A DNA stretch of 10,291 bases from Candidatus Micrarchaeia archaeon (GCA_041500405.1 JBGQMB010000031.1:1-10291), one strand, 5' to 3'; counted from the first letter of the stretch, positions 1 to 6,652 are shown. Notes: a model not told the origin generated them from the letters alone. Program-made: numbers and translations.

Positions 1-314
1 ATGAATAAAACTTCTCCTTTTTGTAGAATCTCGCTCTTTTTATTTACCGAGATTCTACCTTTAATATAAATATTCTTTTCAAAAACAAGCATATCTTCAT
101 TAATATTTGTTGGTCTTATCTGAATTATTCCACTTCCATCGAAAGATTGCAAATCCGACCCCGCCGGAAAACCAGTTTTAATGTAGTCGATTACATCTTC
201 AATATTTTTAATATCAAATCTTGATTTTTTTACTTTCTGAAACACATCGATAGCATAGAATAATGGATCAAGTCTTCCTTCAATTTCTTCTGAATATATC
301 CTGAAGCAGTCCAT
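1..314 (-). CDS. Restriction-modification specificity (S/TRD) subunit, N-terminal part; continues past the left window edge
   Basis: Not in the ORF track. Translated by hand from ATG at 314, 1 nt after the RM gene stop: MDCFRIYSEEIEGRLDPLFYAIDVFQKVKKSRFDIKNIEDVIDYIKTGFPAGSDLQSFDGSGIIQIRPTNINEDMLVFEKNIYIKGRISVNKKSEILQKGEVLFI..., with no stop before base 1. RLDPxFY, 'IKTG', 'IRPTNI' and 'LQKGEVLF' resemble HsdS-type TRD motifs. About 30% GC by hand count of 1-300. Confidence 0.85.
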   Translation of the reverse strand, partial: MDCFRIYSEEIEGRLDPLFYAIDVFQKVKKSRFDIKNIEDVIDYIKTGFPAGSDLQSFDGSGIIQIRPTNINEDMLVFEKNIYIKGRISVNKKSEILQKGEVLF

Positions 315-315
315 C

Positions 316-2115
316 CTAACAACCTTTGTAATCCTTCTGATTTTTCATGAATTTTTGGTGCTCTTCGTAAATCTTTTCAAAATCGTTTACAGGGTCCTTT
401 CTGCCAGTTGCATCATAGCCAACATGTTCTGCTATTGCCATGAAGATTGGATAACTCTTTAATTTTTCTCCATGATCTCTCTTTCTTAGAAACACCAAAG
501 AACTCTTGACTCCGGCCCCAAAGTGCATAAATGCGAACTGCGGAAGCGATACAACGGCTAATACCTGGAACCGTTCCATTATAAAATCACGCACATACTG
601 GAGAGAACTGTTCGTAAGGACTCCGTCAGGTAAGACTATCGCCATCCTTCCGGTTCCTGGCTTAAGGAAGTCGAGGCACCTCTCTATAAACAGAATTTCT
701 GTGCTTTGGGATTTCCTGCCTTTGCCAAGAGCAAACTTCTGTAAGTATGGCTTTTCGGTATCTTTTATATCTGCGCCAAATGGCGGGTTTGTCAAAACCA
801 AATCAAATGAATTAGACTTGAACGCGGGGTTCATTTTTGCTATTTCGCTTAAATCAATAAGCGAGTCAGCACTTATTATGTTTGAGTGACCATCTTCATG
901 GATTATCATATTCATCTTGCATACCCTTGCAATCTGGTCGTTTATCTCAATCCCATAAAGTTTTTTTAAGGCAAATTCGCGCCATATCCTCCATGCTTCT
1001 TCTTTATCGTGGTCACGTTCTGCATCAGATTTTACAAAATCCATGGAATTAAGAAGAAAACCGCCAGAGCCGCAGGCCGGATCAAGTATTATCTGGTCAG
1101 TCTGCGGGTTTAACATCCTGACACAAAAACGAATTATCTCCCTTGGAGTAAAAAACTGCCCCATTTTTCCCTTAAAGAAATCCTCCATGAACGTTTCAAA
1201 AGCCACGCCCTTTACGTCCAAGTCTGTCTCGTTAAAGTTTATTCCCTGCAAATGTTCCACAACAGAATAAACGATTTGCGGTTCAAGCTGGATGTTTTCC
1301 TTGAAAACTTCGGGGTCTTTTTTTCGCGCTTTTTGGTATATGAAATTAACTCGTCCAAACACTTCGTTGAAATCTTCATGAGTGCCTATCTGAAATTTAT
1401 ATGGTTCGCCTTTTTTGGTCTCTTCCTTTTCATCCTGCAGTTTGCAGAAAAGCAGCTTGGATATTTCGTCAAATGCCGCTGTAGGCGCAAGCTTGCCGCC
1501 CTGCCATACAGTGTCTTTCGCCTTCTTCAAGGCGCGTATTAGGTCATCCTTTGAAACTTCATAGATTTCCCTTTCAGAATCGCCCTTTATGAACTTGTAT
1601 TTTGGCGCTTGGCCATATTTAATAGGGATGTCTGCAACGACATTCTTCTCCCTTTCGCTTGGCTTGAATCCAGCAACGTCAAAAGCCGTTCTTGTTATGC
1701 CGGCAACCACTGAAGCGAAATTTGCCCTAAGGCTGTTAGCGTTTCCAAATGCCTGTTCAATCGCCTGCTTGAATTCGGCATCGGTTATGCCGTCTTTCTT
1801 ACATTCCACAACAAGATAAGGTTTTTTACGTTCATTGTCTTCATATACTATAATATCAGCCTTATCTGTCGGGGTTCTTCTTGGTACAGTGACCTCAAAA
1901 TCTATCCTTTCTTTTGGATAATTATAGTCTAAGACCAGTTCGGCAAAGTAGGATGCGCGGACTTTTTCTTCTGGATCCTTTAAATTAGCCTTAAATTGCC
2001 TGCATGCGAAATAAGTGACTTTGCTCTGGTCTTCTGATAATGCAATAATTCCTTTTTCAATTCCCCTTTTGATTTTCTCTGTGAAAACGGTTTCCTGTTC
2101 CTTATCGTTGCCCAT
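316..2115 (-). CDS. Fused restriction endonuclease/N6-adenine DNA methyltransferase (HsdR_N-like PD-(D/E)XK domain plus HsdM-like N6_Mtase); Type IIB/IIG-like RM subunit, 599 aa
   Basis: N-terminal nuclease motifs PEEKVR...ADIIVY...VVECKK...EQA. Methyltransferase motifs GQFFTP, SAM-binding ILDPACGSGGFL, GIEIN and catalytic NPPF. No helicase/ATPase motifs and no obvious C-terminal TRD. Confidence 0.92.
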   Translation of the reverse strand: MGNDKEQETVFTEKIKRGIEKGIIALSEDQSKVTYFACRQFKANLKDPEEKVRASYFAELVLDYNYPKERIDFEVTVPRRTPTDKADIIVYEDNERKKPYLVVECKKDGITDAEFKQAIEQAFGNANSLRANFASVVAGITRTAFDVAGFKPSEREKNVVADIPIKYGQAPKYKFIKGDSEREIYEVSKDDLIRALKKAKDTVWQGGKLAPTAAFDEISKLLFCKLQDEKEETKKGEPYKFQIGTHEDFNEVFGRVNFIYQKARKKDPEVFKENIQLEPQIVYSVVEHLQGINFNETDLDVKGVAFETFMEDFFKGKMGQFFTPREIIRFCVRMLNPQTDQIILDPACGSGGFLLNSMDFVKSDAERDHDKEEAWRIWREFALKKLYGIEINDQIARVCKMNMIIHEDGHSNIISADSLIDLSEIAKMNPAFKSNSFDLVLTNPPFGADIKDTEKPYLQKFALGKGRKSQSTEILFIERCLDFLKPGTGRMAIVLPDGVLTNSSLQYVRDFIMERFQVLAVVSLPQFAFMHFGAGVKSSLVFLRKRDHGEKLKSYPIFMAIAEHVGYDATGRKDPVNDFEKIYEEHQKFMKNQKDYKGC

Positions 2116-2145
2116 ATTTCCGCCATTTTTGTATCTATTTGAGCC

Positions 2146-2157
2146 TTTAAATACCTT
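2146..2157 (-). promoter_or_regulatory. Putative archaeal BRE/TATA promoter (AAGGTATTTAAA) for the RM cassette
   Basis: TATTTAAA lies about 30 nt upstream of ATG 2115 with a purine-rich upstream element. The 12-mer is identical to the one upstream of rps19e (6591-6602). Confidence 0.65.
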
Positions 2158-2190
2158 TGCTGGGACCTCCCTGCCAAGCCGAGTTTTATT

Positions 2191-2574
2191 TCACGCTTGG
2201 CCTATGAACGCCGCGCCTTTCACTGAGAAGACTTTCCTGCCTTTCCGCTTCAGCGAGTTCTTCAGTTCCGTGTCGTTGGTTGCGATTATCGCATCTTCCA
2301 TGATTCCGGCCATTTCCGCAACAGCGTCGTCAGCGCGGTTGCTTTCAGTGCTTTCAATAATGGGCTTGAGCCGCTCAAGGACCTTGAGGCCTATTGTCGC
2401 GTCCCTGCCCCTCTTTCCTTTGTTTTCTGCGATGTATTTCAGCTCGGATATCACGGGAGAGGGCACTATGACCTCAAAAGGCCCGTCTATGATAGGGATA
2501 AGGCACATTTTAATGTCTATCTTGTATTTCACCGCGGAGATGATGAAGCTTGTGTCAACTATGACTTGGTACAT
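2191..2574 (-). CDS. PIN-domain ribonuclease, Utp24/Fcf1-like archaeal family, 127 aa
   Basis: PIN acidic motifs VIVDTSFII, VISELK, ADDAV and IIATNDTELK. The start overlaps the ftsY stop (TAATG). Confidence 0.85.
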   Translation of the reverse strand: MYQVIVDTSFIISAVKYKIDIKMCLIPIIDGPFEVIVPSPVISELKYIAENKGKRGRDATIGLKVLERLKPIIESTESNRADDAVAEMAGIMEDAIIATNDTELKNSLKRKGRKVFSVKGAAFIGQA

Positions 2575-3695
2575 TATCCGAACAGCCTCTCAAGTATCTT
2601 TTGCTTGCTGAATTTTTCCATTTCCTCGTATCCCTGGCCGTACGCCAGATAATATATTGGGACGCCGAGCGCCTTTGAAACCGATATTACCGAGCCTCCC
2701 TTTGAGTCAAGGTCCAGCTTTGTCAAGATTATTCCCTGTATGCTTACGGCTTCATTGTATTCCTTCACGGCCTCGTAAATGGCGTTGCCGCTTATTGATT
2801 CCCCTATGAAAAGGCTCAGGTCCGGCTTTATCACCCTGGACATCTTCTGCAGCTCCTTCATCAGGTTCTTGTTCAGGTTCTGCCTTCCTGCGGTGTCGAC
2901 CAGGACAACGTCAACATTGTTCGCCTGCGCGTGCTTCACGCCGTCAAACGTGACCGCGGTCGGGTCGGCCCCGTATCCGGATTTTATGACCTCAAACCCC
3001 ACCTTGTCCCCGTGGTGCATAAGCTGCTCTATTGACGCCGCCCTGAACGTGTCTGCGGCGACCGCAATGACGTTCATTTTGTTTTTCTTCAGCATGAACG
3101 CGATTTTCGCAAGCGTTGTCGTCTTTCCGCTTCCGTTCAGCCCGAAAAGCAAAATCACATACGGCTTTTTCTGGGACGACTTTATCATTTGCACAAGGTC
3201 CGGCGGGTCAATCATGATGTTGCCAAGCGAGTCTTTCATGCTTTCCCTTATGAATTTCCCGATGGAGTTGCGCTCGACCTCCTTTCCCTCAAGGTCCTTC
3301 TTGAACCTTTCCTTTATCTGCTCGGCGACCTCGAACGCGACGTCAGCCTCAAGCAGGGACAGCTCAAGCCCCTCCATCGCCTCGTCCACGTATTTCCGGT
3401 CAAGGACAACCTTGCCGGTTATCCTTCCCTTTATCTCGTCAACTATGCCGAGCCTCGGCGCACTCCTTGCCTTCTGGTCCTGCGCCTTTGCAGCCTCGTG
3501 CATTTTCGGCATCCCGCGCTTCGGCATTTCTTTTGTTATGGTTGGCTCCTTTGCCTTGTGCTCAATATTGGGAGCTTCCTTTATCGGCTCGGGCTCCTCC
3601 TTTTTCGCAATATGTTCAGGCTTGAGCTCCTGCTCCGCCTTTTTTGAGAATAGCGATGCGACCGCGTTTATCTTTTCCTTCAGGAAATCAAGCAT
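2574..3695 (-). CDS. ftsY: Signal recognition particle receptor FtsY, 373 aa
   Basis: SRP-GTPase motifs GLNGSGKTTT, DTFRAAS, DTAGR and TKLD, plus LLEADV in the N domain. Follows pfdA, the usual archaeal position. Confidence 0.97.
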   Translation of the reverse strand: MLDFLKEKINAVASLFSKKAEQELKPEHIAKKEEPEPIKEAPNIEHKAKEPTITKEMPKRGMPKMHEAAKAQDQKARSAPRLGIVDEIKGRITGKVVLDRKYVDEAMEGLELSLLEADVAFEVAEQIKERFKKDLEGKEVERNSIGKFIRESMKDSLGNIMIDPPDLVQMIKSSQKKPYVILLFGLNGSGKTTTLAKIAFMLKKNKMNVIAVAADTFRAASIEQLMHHGDKVGFEVIKSGYGADPTAVTFDGVKHAQANNVDVVLVDTAGRQNLNKNLMKELQKMSRVIKPDLSLFIGESISGNAIYEAVKEYNEAVSIQGIILTKLDLDSKGGSVISVSKALGVPIYYLAYGQGYEEMEKFSKQKILERLFG

Positions 3696-4086
3696 GTTCG
3701 TGCGAGCCCCTTGCTTCCTTCAGCAGGCCCACCAGCTCCTTCTCTATCCTCTTGACTTCCCCGTTCACGGCCTCCTGGTTCTTCCTTGCCGCATCTATGA
3801 GCTTTCCGACCTTCGCCAAGGCCTCTTCCGGCGGAATCATTGCGTAATATCCCGCGCCCATCGGCGCAATGACATTCCCGGTCTCCAGCTTCGCCTTCAC
3901 CAGTATGCCGCCGCCCGCGTTTATTATGGCGTCCTTCCTGCCGCTCTTTATCTCGTTTACTCCGGCCTTTGCCGCCTCGAACTCCATTATGAGCTGTGCC
4001 ATCCTTTCGGTGTTTTCCCTGAGGCCCCTTAGCCTGGCGTCAAGCGCACGCGCCCTTTCCTCCATCTCAAACGCCTTTTCGTCCAT
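3688..4086 (-). CDS. pfdA: Prefoldin alpha subunit, 132 aa
   Basis: Coiled coil, two beta-hairpins (INAGGGILVKAKL; VIAPMGAGYY), coiled coil. Syntenic between rpl18a and ftsY. Confidence 0.9.
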   Translation of the reverse strand: MDEKAFEMEERARALDARLRGLRENTERMAQLIMEFEAAKAGVNEIKSGRKDAIINAGGGILVKAKLETGNVIAPMGAGYYAMIPPEEALAKVGKLIDAARKNQEAVNGEVKRIEKELVGLLKEARGSHEHA

Positions 4087-4262
4087 TATTCCACCTTCTT
4101 GACCTCGGTTATCTCAATCTTCGACCTCTTGACCCCGTTGTTTGAGCCGAAGAGGGACAGCGCGATGTGCTTCGCGTGCGACTCGTTCTTGCCCTCAACC
4201 TCCTTTTCGAAGCCCCTTTTCTCTTTTCCAAGCATGATGTTTCCTGTAACCTTGAATTTCAT
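4086..4262 (-). CDS. rpl18a: 50S ribosomal protein L18Ae/LX (eL20), 58 aa
   Basis: Not in the ORF track (under 60 aa). Hand translation: MKFKVTGNIMLGKEKRGFEKEVEGKNESHAKHIALSLFGSNNGVKRSKIEITEVKKVE*. It matches the F.K.V....E..A....S.FGS....KR..I.I LX pattern. TAA overlaps the pfdA ATG, and this is the expected syntenic slot. Confidence 0.92.
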   Translation of the reverse strand: MKFKVTGNIMLGKEKRGFEKEVEGKNESHAKHIALSLFGSNNGVKRSKIEITEVKKVE

Positions 4263-4263
4263 G

Positions 4264-4593
4264 TCATTTCACCTTTGCGCCATTTCCCATCTTCTTGTCC
4301 AAGGACAAAACGGAAAGATTTCCGTCTCTGTCCTCGGCCGCGAGGATCATCCCGTGGCTTTCAATTCCGAATATCCTTCTGGGCTCAAGATTAAAAAGGA
4401 TTGCTATCTGCCTGCCGATGAGCTGTTCTGGAGTATAATACTTCTTTATGCCGGCCATCAGCGCCCTTTTCTCCTCCCCCGCGTTCACAACCAGCCTGAG
4501 CAGCTTCTCGCTGCCAGGCACCTCTTCCGCGCTCTCGACAGTCACTATCCTGATGTCAAGCTTCGCAAAATCGTCATACTTTATCAGGTCCAT
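4264..4593 (-). CDS. Stand-alone tRNA-binding OB-fold protein (MetRS C-terminal domain/Trbp111/CsaA family), about 109 aa
   Basis: Motifs DDFAKLDIR, SEKLLRL, AGIKKYY and NLEPRRIFGIESHGMILAA. Start 4593 is preferred over 4608 because GGTGA lies just upstream and it avoids overlap with aIF6. Confidence 0.92.
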   Translation of the reverse strand: MDLIKYDDFAKLDIRIVTVESAEEVPGSEKLLRLVVNAGEEKRALMAGIKKYYTPEQLIGRQIAILFNLEPRRIFGIESHGMILAAEDRDGNLSVLSLDKKMGNGAKVK

Positions 4594-4597
4594 CTCT

Positions 4598-5260
4598 TCA
4601 CCCAACATTCAGCGCGTCCTGGAGCCTTGATATCTCTATTCCCGAAGTCGCTTCGCCGACAACAAGGCCTTTCGAGTTTGCAAGCGCGCACGCGGAAACA
4701 AACATATTTCCCATGTTCGCAGTGGAAACCCCGCCCTTCACCTTCAGGATTGACTCAATCTGCTTTATCACATCCTCGGACGCATTGTTCTTGACCGCAA
4801 ATCCCTTTTCCGTCGCCATGACCACGCTTCCCACAGTGCGGTATCCGTCAATGCTCATCGGGACGATTTCGATGCCGAGCCTGTCCTCCAGCATCTTTAT
4901 TGTTGCCCTTGAAATGTCGTCGTTTATTATGCCGCCCTTTGAGTTCATGCAAAGGTTGTTTCCCCAGGCGTTGTGCCTCTCCCTCATATATATTATGTCA
5001 AGCCCCGTTGACTCCAGCGCCTTTTTCTCGGAGCTGTCTATGCTGTCCTCGACAATCAGGCTTCTGTTGTTCATGCAAAGGTAAATCCCGAGCAGGTTGC
5101 TTTCGCTGATGCGGGTTTCAATGACTTTTACATCGAGGTTTTCGCTGAGGCTTGAAACGAACGAGTTCGAGCTGCCCGGCGGAAGGATGGCAACATTGTC
5201 ATTCGCTGCCGCAAAGAGGCCTATGAACGGATTGCCGTAATAGCTGACCCTGCCTATCAT
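4598..5260 (-). CDS. eif6: Translation initiation factor 6 (aIF6)
   Basis: Pentein repeats GNPFIGLF, SNLLGIY, NAWGNN and TVGSVV, and C-terminal TANMGN..VSAC.LANSKG.VVG..TSG.EI.R...AL. ATG 5260 overlaps the rpl31e stop (TGATG); GTG 5263 is the alternative start. Confidence 0.96.
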   Translation of the reverse strand: MIGRVSYYGNPFIGLFAAANDNVAILPPGSSNSFVSSLSENLDVKVIETRISESNLLGIYLCMNNRSLIVEDSIDSSEKKALESTGLDIIYMRERHNAWGNNLCMNSKGGIINDDISRATIKMLEDRLGIEIVPMSIDGYRTVGSVVMATEKGFAVKNNASEDVIKQIESILKVKGGVSTANMGNMFVSACALANSKGLVVGEATSGIEISRLQDALNVG

Positions 5261-5652
5261 CACTTATCTTCCTTTTTTGCTGTTGGCTTATTCTGGGGCT
5301 TTTCCGCCTTTTTCTCTTCCTTCTTCGCCTCTTTTGGTTCCTCTTTCTTTTCAGCGGCCTTTTTCTCTTCCTTCTTTTCCGGCTTCGGCTGCTCCACCTT
5401 CTCGTCTATATGGTAAACAAAGGCGATGCTGTCCGTCTTTACGACCTTTATCTTCACCCTTCTTGGCGGCTTCTGTATGCCCCTTGCCCAAACTATCGCG
5501 TTCAGCTTGTTGCTGACCCTGACATTCTCGATGTCGGTTTTCGTATGCCTGACCACGAATGCCCTGATGATGCCTATCGCCTTCGGGGACCTCTTTCCCC
5601 TCGGCTTTTCGAACGCGTCCCTCAAATTGACCGTGTAAACCTTCTCTTCCAT
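5260..5652 (-). CDS. rpl31e: 50S ribosomal protein L31e (eL31) with Lys/Glu-rich C-terminal tail
   Basis: Motifs YTVNLR, PRGKRSPKAI, LNAIVWARGIQKPPRRVKIKV. ATG 5652 is preferred because SD-like GAAGTGAT lies upstream; GTG 5661 is the alternative. Confidence 0.96.
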   Translation of the reverse strand: MEEKVYTVNLRDAFEKPRGKRSPKAIGIIRAFVVRHTKTDIENVRVSNKLNAIVWARGIQKPPRRVKIKVVKTDSIAFVYHIDEKVEQPKPEKKEEKKAAEKKEEPKEAKKEEKKAEKPQNKPTAKKEDK

Positions 5653-5657
5653 AAAAA

Positions 5658-5855
5658 TCACTTCTTGCCTTTCTTCCCGAATTTATTCCTCTTCACGTAG
5701 TCCGTGCCAAGCTTTTCGGTCCTCCAGTGCCTCCTCTTCTTGCTTTGCCTGACCTTCATCTTCGTCTTTGCCACAACGAAGGTCGGGATGCCCCTGTTTG
5801 ACCTATTCTTGCTTACCAGCCACATCTTCAGTTTGTTGCTTTTTATCCTTGACAT
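5658..5855 (-). CDS. rpl39e: 50S ribosomal protein L39e (eL39), 65 aa with C-terminal extension
   Basis: Motifs NRGIPTFV..KT and RRHWR..KL; basic; immediately upstream of rpl31e. Confidence 0.93.
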   Translation of the reverse strand: MSRIKSNKLKMWLVSKNRSNRGIPTFVVAKTKMKVRQSKKRRHWRTEKLGTDYVKRNKFGKKGKK

Positions 5856-5864
5856 TTTAATCGC

Positions 5865-6125
5865 CTACTTTCTCCTGAAACTTATGTTGACGTCTTTCCT
5901 TAGCGATGCGGACACGCTTTCCAATATCTTCACAAGCGCCCTGTCATCAACCCTCTGGCCTTTCTGGATGTAGAAAAGGGCGTACCTCAGCGCGGCCTCG
6001 TAGACCTTTTTGTCCCCGGCCTTCACGGTCATGAGCCTTTCATACGCTTCCTGCGCCATTCCGGCCTTCAGAAGCCTGGAAATCTGCCCTTCCTGCTGCG
6101 CTCCGTCCTTTCCTTCGTCATTCAC
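5865..6125 (-). CDS. PDCD5-like DNA-binding protein, shortened, 86 aa
   Basis: EAYERL, VDD..LVKIL and C-terminal K.VNISFRRK match the PDCD5/TFAR19 family pattern. Canonical position after rps19e with an ATGA overlap. Confidence 0.8.
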   Translation of the reverse strand: MNDEGKDGAQQEGQISRLLKAGMAQEAYERLMTVKAGDKKVYEAALRYALFYIQKGQRVDDRALVKILESVSASLRKDVNISFRRK

Positions 6126-6550
6126 TTCTTCGCCCCTTTTGCCGCACCCATTGCGGCGGAGTCAATGAACTTGAATCCTGCCGGCGTCAGAACCCTTCCC
6201 TTTCCGTTCTCGCCCTTTTTCAGCAGGCCTAATTTTTCCAGCTCCTGGAGGGCCACCCTGTTGGTTTTTCCGCCCGCGAGCCTGAAGTGCGCCGGCCTCA
6301 CGCCCCGCCTCTTCTTGTCGCCGTATTCCCTCCTGAGCTTGTTGACTCCCATGTTGCTGTTTAAGTATATCTTCCTGAGTATGGACGCTGCCCTTATCCA
6401 CCAGAACTCCCTCTGCTCCGGCGGCCTCTCGGCCTGGCTTCCAGTCTTTACGATTCCCACGAAAGACGGCTTCTTCAGCCCCATCTCCTTAAGCTTTCCC
6501 GCCGCCTCCCTTATCAGGGCATCGGCTTCAACATCATATGCTGTTACCAC
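6122..6550 (-). CDS. rps19e: 30S ribosomal protein S19e (eS19), 142 aa
   Basis: Motifs MVTAYDV, VKTG...ERPP, WWIRAASILRKIY, LQELEKLGL and GRVLTPAG. GTG start with AGGTGA SD. Confidence 0.97.
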   Translation of the reverse strand: MVTAYDVEADALIREAAGKLKEMGLKKPSFVGIVKTGSQAERPPEQREFWWIRAASILRKIYLNSNMGVNKLRREYGDKKRRGVRPAHFRLAGGKTNRVALQELEKLGLLKKGENGKGRVLTPAGFKFIDSAAMGAAKGAKK

Positions 6551-6553
6551 TCA

Positions 6554-6560
6554 ATCACCT
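6554..6560 (-). promoter_or_regulatory. Shine-Dalgarno site AGGTGAT for rps19e
   Basis: Archaeal-type SD a few nt upstream of GTG 6550. Confidence 0.8.
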
Positions 6561-6590
6561 TTGGATGCTTCTGGCATTTGCCATGAAACA

Positions 6591-6602
6591 TTTAAATACC
6601 TT
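6591..6602 (-). promoter_or_regulatory. BRE/TATA promoter (AAGGTATTTAAA) of the rps19e-ftsY operon
   Basis: TATTTAAA about 40 nt upstream of the start codon, leaving room for a short SD-bearing leader. Confidence 0.7.
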
Positions 6603-6644
6603 CATCGCTGCCGCGAGGCAGCCCTCTTATGTTGCCAAGGCATG

Positions 6645-6652
6645 TTTTTAAA
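6645..6652 (+). promoter_or_regulatory. TATA box (TTTTTAAA) for the divergent bPH_2/endA-like unit; probably a leaderless transcript
   Basis: Ends 23 nt before ATG 6676, a spacing typical of leaderless archaeal mRNAs. No SD is visible. Confidence 0.6.

Noticed and set aside
225..967. 7-nt homopolymer runs in the RM and S genes (225-231, 961-967) as phase-variation tracts
   Set aside because: They are short, expected in AT-rich Lys codons, and both frames are intact.
2191..2574. PIN gene as a VapBC toxin-antitoxin module
   Set aside because: There is no antitoxin ORF, it is coupled to ftsY, and its motifs are Utp24/Fcf1-like.
2015..2611. 198-aa + strand ORF, and similar + strand ORFs at 506, 1043, 1252, 1589, 4099, 4713, 6165, 8098 and 8530
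   Set aside because: They lie antisense to better-supported minus-strand genes, have shadow-type composition and show no expression signals.
2779..4032. 417-aa + strand ORF
   Set aside because: It is the antisense shadow of ftsY and pfdA, rich in Ser/Phe from reversed Lys/Glu codons, with no motifs.
5270..5400. Repetitive CTT/TTC-rich DNA as a CRISPR array or tandem repeat
   Set aside because: It is explained by Lys/Glu codons of the eL31 tail, with no regular repeat-spacer period.
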